DNA of 64,000 nt, from positions 200,101-264,100 of the forward strand of contig NMRA01000161.1 of the NCBI GenBank assembly GCA_002633005.1. The letters run 5' to 3'. The stretch comes from Phoronis australis (lineage: Eukaryota; Animalia; Phoronida). The notes under the pieces were generated by a model that ran no database searches, was not told the DNA's origin, and saw nothing but the letters and a program-made list of their open reading frames with translations. A program made the translations under genes and the position numbers. Below, piece after piece: positions 57,866 through 64,000 of this stretch (positions are counted from its first letter, which is position 1; the number at the start of each line of letters is the position of its first letter).

Positions 57866-60800
57866 AATGTCCTCATCTTCACTGCATAACGGACGCACCC
57901 CTAGAAAAACGATAGTACTGATATGTACATATCCATATATGTATATATAGAAACGAAGGTATCAATGACATATTGTTAGATTCATTATACTGTCATTGAT
58001 AATTGCACCTGATCCGCCAAGTCTTCTAACATGAATCTATTCCGCTCCACTCAATGGCGACGTTGAGACCACTTTTGTCGTTTAGTGTGAGACAGTTTTA
58101 GGAGAATTTTACTTTTTAAAAGATTTTTGATCAACTTGGTATATTTTGCTTTGCCTCAACGGTAATTTTTAATTTGATAGTTGATATTTTTAACCACGAA
58201 ATTACTAGAATATTTCTGTATCAAGGTTTCTTTGAGACATACGGGTATCTTGTTAAAAGCGGTATTCCATTTCCACCTAATAATCTTATTGGACATCCAT
58301 GCCTCTCATTGAGCAAGTTTCGAAAATGTCAACTGTGCCCCTGCCCTAGCTTTTCAGCTCTGACAAATGTTCTTGGCTCAGGCGCGCACAGTGCCAATCC
58401 GTTTCAAAGTAAATCGCCTTTGAGTTGAGTAATGATGCGGAAACGGGTAACGAAGCTACTAAAACAGCGACAGACACACCGTGATGCGAATATCGACCAT
58501 AAACGACTAAAAACTCTCAAGGTAAAAACATCCCCAATTGACCAAAAACGATTGCAGAAACGTATCATTTCCCTCTAACAACTTGTGCACACGCCATTAA
58601 CACTATGATAGCTACATGTAACTCCAGTGGAACGTCAGCGCTTCATTAGACTAATTTTGCATGAGATGAGTTGAACCACCAGAGTTTTGTCATCTTGTTA
58701 AATTGTTAGTCGACAACCTTGATGCTTGAAGATGAGCCGCGACGTTTGGGCAGCCATCTGATCTACTACAACCAGGTGCGTATGAAAATAATGATATAAA
58801 CTAAATAACAACGCAGCATATTAATGCAATCTGCTTCCCCACACAGTTCTACGCAAACGAAATAATACATGTACTTATTACAATGGCAGAAAGTGGTTCT
58901 CTCTTATGGACGTGAAACCTGTGATATATTTAAACAAAAACGGCAGAGTTCAGAAACTGTAGAACCTACGCTAGGACCTAGCTAAAAGGCAAGACTTTCA
59001 AAGATTACGTGAGATATCGCCGTGTATTTTAAATGAGGACAAGTGATGTTTGGTTAATCTTTTCTAGTCGCGAGACAGCTACTGACCTCTAACTAGTTAA
59101 AACCAGTAAAAAATTATGCGATGTTGTAAATCAGCGCGCCGACACCGCTTAGTCTTACACGTTATGGTCACATCACGTGACGTACAGTTAAGAATGTAAT
59201 GACCTCTGTCCCGACCGGTGTTAGAGCCCAGAGTAGAGGTTAGTAACGCTTGGACCTACCTTAGGACCTCGCTGAAAAGGAAGACTTCGCGAAATTACGT
59301 GCTGAGATTTTGCCACGTATTTTAAAGGAGAACTATTTTTTTTTAACCGCAAGACAGCTTCTGATCGTTAACCAGGACTTTCTGTCAACCTTCGAGACGC
59401 TCTAGTCGACTGAACTATCGGGACCACCGGTTGATTACTGGATTTCTGACGGAAATGTAGCAAACACCAATCTTTATGATTTTGGAATGATTCGGCCTAG
59501 TTGTCAATCTTCTTGCGTTACAATTCATAATCATTGAGTTACATGCAAGGATGCATTTTACTTTTCAGTGCCACTCAAGCGAGAGTCTAGTAACGATGAT
59601 ATGGTAATGATAAGATGATCTAATGGCGGCAACTCAGCAATCTCGAGGCCGGTCTCGCACACCCGTCCCTGTGTTTCAATATAGAACTAACTATAGGCAT
59701 CACTGAAGGACTATTTGATATCTTATTCGGAGCCTTTGGTACATGGATGCGCCATAAAATTTTCTCGAACTGATAACTTACCACACAAACACATATGGGG
59801 CGACTGAGCTGGGCAGATGAGATCCTTGTTATGTTGTTCCAGCCTCGTTTTGGCATTGGAACGTTAATCATGCATGATGGTCTCACACGCACTTGAATTG
59901 GTACACAATGCAACAGATGTCCAATATTCATAGCAATATAGGGTCAATGTTGAACTGCCTAGTGTATCAATACAATCGTGTGTGTAGGCGAAGGATTCAG
60001 AAGATGGTTAGAACCGATAGAATTTGGTGTTTTGTTCAAAGTCACTTGAATCAAATGAAATCTGCTGCAAACATACACAGACCGAATGTCTTATCTATCA
60101 ATGCTGTGCTTCTTGAAATTAACCTGTTTTGTCTCTTAGGCTGATCATCCATACAAACAGATGTTCTAATACGCTGAAACCGCCACAAAATGATTTTTTG
60201 CAATTACCTCAGGTATGCTGAGCGTAGTCTAGCTCTGTAAAAACGAGATTTATCGAGTGGTCTGTCATTTTCATGGTGATTTACGTTGCAAAGCACATAC
60301 TAGGTGGCGACACTTTCAGTCCAATTTAAAAATTAGCCACTGAAAATCCATTCATCCATATTCAATGTATATGAATTTGTCACCATGGATACCAGGTAGT
60401 ACGTGCTCTTTCTGAAATAGCTACTCGACGTGTCTTCCATTGAGAAAGCAAGCTGGAATACCAACGAAGGAAAACATTCCAAGGATTCAAAAGCCCGTTT
60501 AGCTCTTGAACACATATTAACGACGGTTAAATCAATCGAGTCTTTGTAGCAAAAAGTAATGATCAATGAACGTAGTTAACTTCCAATTAATAGTTGAAGG
60601 TTGAGAAATTTTTACAAATCTGTTTAATCGTTGGCAATTGTTAAACTAGTTAATGGCGGTTGTGGGGATACAGGCTGAGCTCATGTCACACTAGAAGATT
60701 TTCTCGAGACCTGCATGGAGTACTTATACCTTAATAACTATTTCTGAACGTAGAGAGTAAGTGCACGATACCAGATAAAATCACCAGAAACAAAATGAGT

Positions 60801-61970
60801 GTCTTTTAAGATTAAATGGAAGTGTGTTGAACCAAATTTTTACTGCACACAACTCAAAATTTCGACTTTAAAGGTAACTGTTCGCATTTGAACAAGCCAG
60901 AGATAGAGGAAATTAAGTCAAGCAAACGGTTGTATTATGGGAACGCAGTGTAGGGATAAAATATTATTATTCATCTTTGATTAGTCACATGTTCTTTCAA
61001 TGACATTACTCTACACAACTTCTATGAGGTGCTTGCTTGATTAAGCCATTCAAACCGTCTTTAAATATCGTAGAGACAACGTAATGCTTCTGGAAATTTC
61101 TGTGATGATCAATCACGAAGATTCATCAAAGTGTCGTTAATAGGTTTTCAAGACGCCCGTCAACTACTCTTCAAAAAGACAGCGAACAGAGTCGCAGAGC
61201 AATACCGAATGTCTATTGACGCAGCACATACATGTACGTACATGTACATGTAGATGTAGATGTAACTACCAATAAACATCAATGCAGACACTTAATTGGG
61301 AATTAATCGGGCGTGTACTATAAGCGTTTTGATAAAAATACATGTACGAGCGAAGCAGTGCATTCCTAGTTTTTAGGTACGAAAGCTTAAGTGTTCCTTC
61401 TTGGTAAAAAATGATGGTGAAATCCATGTTGCTTCATAGCCGTTCGTAGAGCACTGTCGTTCCTCAGCGCAACAGCGGATTTCAATTTCCGCGCACAAGG
61501 CAGTCTTAGGGCAAGCCGATTTAATGAACGCTCTAAGGACTTTCAAATTTGCTCCAGAACAATACAAGGGACAACTAAGTCTTCGACTGTGACACGATTT
61601 TAAAAACTGTCACGCAGGTACAGACAGCAGACAGTCGGTCTTTATTTCCAAACACTTTTACATGTATCGCATTTTTGATTATGAAGGATTGGAAAAATAT
61701 GTAGTAGCTTCATAATATGTCGATTCGTATTGACCAATAAAAATGAAGAAACGTACTGTAAGCCTTGCCAATATACCCACGCAGTTACACTTTACATCAA
61801 GAAGAGACAAATATCCCTTGCACTGGCAGATTTTAGACTACATGTACATGTATGTCACAAAAGGTGGCAGCCACACAAGGCCTAACACACCATGCCGGCT
61901 AAGTTTTTTAAGTCTGTCCGTATGGGGATAGCCCCCTCAGTTACGTGGCACCCGTATCCGACTCTGCCTA

Positions 61971-62038
61971 CATGAGCGGCGCACCACAAGGGGTTGGGGG
62001 TCTATAGCCCCCACTTTTGCAGTGCTGCGCCGCCCATG
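61971..62038. repeat. Small inverted-repeat element
   Basis: CATGAGCGGCGCA ... TGCGCCGCCCATG. Confidence 0.45.
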
Positions 62039-62586
62039 GATATCAGACACAGGCGACACAAAAGCCGCTGGCACATATATTACGTTTCTAGTATTATCCA
62101 CACATCTTCGATCAGGGAAATTGACAAGTTTAAAGTCAACGTTACAAAAGCACGCTTCCTTCGAGTTAGTAATTACTGACCATTGAACCTTAAAGTAAAG
62201 TGCGTAAATACGACTGCATTATAAGCGAGCTGCAATCAGGGGTTATTCTTCACTGCAATATACTAGATGAAAATCCTTACGGGCAGTTATATGTCATTAA
62301 ATGACAAAAATATAGTGTTTTACATAACTTTTACAGCAACAAGGATTTATAATTTAAAAAAAAATGTATGCTCTTATTCCAAAACATGTCATTTACACAA
62401 ACACCCATGAAAAGCACCGTACCTTGACACTCTAACGGGTCGAGATTGGGCAACTCAATCGCTTTGCGCACCACAGAATTTTCCGGTTCAGATCAACTAA
62501 GACACCATGCTGTTGTGGTTAGTTAAATCGTCTCAACTTGCTGCCGCTACTGTTCTCTGGATAATGAGACAATCGTAAACACATTA

Positions 62587-62968
62587 ATGGTATTTTTGAA
62601 TTTTCGTACTGAAAGTTGGTACATGTAAATAGCATGTTTGAACAGTTCGTGAAAACCATACGTGATTAGATTTTTGAGTTTTAAACATTAGACAAAGAAT
62701 GAAACTTTTAAAACCTAAAACGTTTGTTAAATGTTGCAATAATGTGTTCCTGCTGCCTAGTGGCTGTGGTAATTTGCACAACGTACGTAACACAAACAGC
62801 AGCATTAAAGAGGATCATAATATGGCAACGTTATTCAAACGTTTTAGTTGTAAAAGTCGCATTTCGAGTAAGATTTTTAAACTTCAGAAACCTAATCACG
62901 TGTACTTTTCGCGAACTATTTAAACACGTTATTTAAAATTTTTAAAAATGAAAATTTAAAAATACTAT
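62587..62968. mobile_element. MITE-like element with about 100-bp diverged inverted arms
   Basis: AAATAGCATGTTTGAACAGTTCGTGAAAACCATACGTGATTAG aligns with the reverse complement of 62875-62968. Confidence 0.7.
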
Positions 62969-64000
62969 GGTCGTCCCAATGTGTTTATGAGGGCTCTTGT
63001 CATATAGAGAACGATAACATCAGTATTCTGATGCACTGTAACAATAGCAGTAATCTTTGATCCATGCGGCGGATCTTGAGGCACGCAAACCGGTGGAGAA
63101 ACCAAATCTTGACCGGTGAGGTTGTCGTCGTAGCATTCCTTACATGTGACACATATACTAGTACGAATACCACTGTGATATCCTGTCTCGAATACTGAAA
63201 TTTCGTTTGGGAATGTCCCAACTCGACCTCCGCGACTCTTGTTACCAATGACATTCCCAGGTGAAATAAATTCTACATAGGATATCATAGTGGTATCTTT
63301 ATATATGTGAGTAATAACCTATACTCTTGTTATGTATCCGGCGATGAAAGAAATGTTATGTAAGCTCCACCAAAATTGATTTTGAAAAGTACGATTGATT
63401 CAAACGTCAGAAATGCGTGTCCTTGGTCAGCGTTATTATAATTAAGTTATTTCGGCCTCTGACTCCGTTATCATGGGATAAGCTTCCCTTTAACTTGTCG
63501 GCAGTTTTTCGAATCCATACCGAGTTTAGCTAAGTGATGAAAGATTTGGCAGCTTCACTCAAATTTGACGAGATATTATAATTATGTGCATGTATATTAA
63601 CAACGAGTATTCACACTGCACTGGCATGAATTTTGCTGAAACTTCCAAACATTCTGGCTTTTCAATGCTAAAAATATGCTTCTTGATGATCAGAGAGGGT
63701 TTTAAGATAAACATAAATCCACTTTAAAATGTGAAGGTTTATAAAATAAGGGCAGTCACCCTAAAACCACCTCAATTTACAAAAGAACTCATCTCTTGAA
63801 CCCACTGAACCAGCGCTAATGAGTCGAAAGAACAGTCACTCGTTGTTGTCCGCAGCTCATCTCATTCCCCTCCTTTCCACTCCCTGCTTATTCGAGATAC
63901 TCGAGGCATACATCTGCATGTAGGAAATGTCCGTGTGTTGCTGGAAGCGCCAGATAGGACTCTTGTGGTCACTTGGGACAATTCTATATTGTACCCTAGC

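Noticed and set aside
62965-63288. 107-aa minus-strand ORF as an upstream exon of the orphan gene
   Set aside because: No recognisable domain and no convincing splice pair identified; similar short ORFs at 30281-30562, 52889-53227 and 59620-59931 were left uncalled for the same reason.

Overview
AT-rich animal genomic DNA, most likely from a marine invertebrate, with spliceosomal introns and many transposon remnants. The main gene is a 22-exon plus-strand gene (12390-50686, about 1915 aa) that I assembled by hand with consistent splice phases. It encodes a type I membrane receptor: signal peptide, three YWTD beta-propeller+EGF units, 12 thrombospondin type-1 (TSP1) repeats in one 2145-bp exon, a short stalk, a TM helix and a Tyr-motif tail. 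It has no LDL-A repeats and no PPPSP motifs, so it is not a standard LRP. A convergent minus-strand gene (56981-57865) encodes an uncharacterised single-pass membrane protein. The 15-kb first intron holds a decayed Ngaro/DIRS-type tyrosine-recombinase retrotransposon with a CR1/L2-group LINE inserted in it, and a long-TIR foldback element with a 3-bp TSD inserted into another repeat. Elsewhere there is a Gypsy gag-protease remnant with a tRNA-Leu PBS, several TIR elements/MITEs with readable TSDs, and minisatellites. The octamer TACATGTA is frequent, and at two sites it is demonstrably a 6-bp insertion at a TA, matching a Tc1/mariner excision footprint. All calls come from reading the sequence; no database searches were run.
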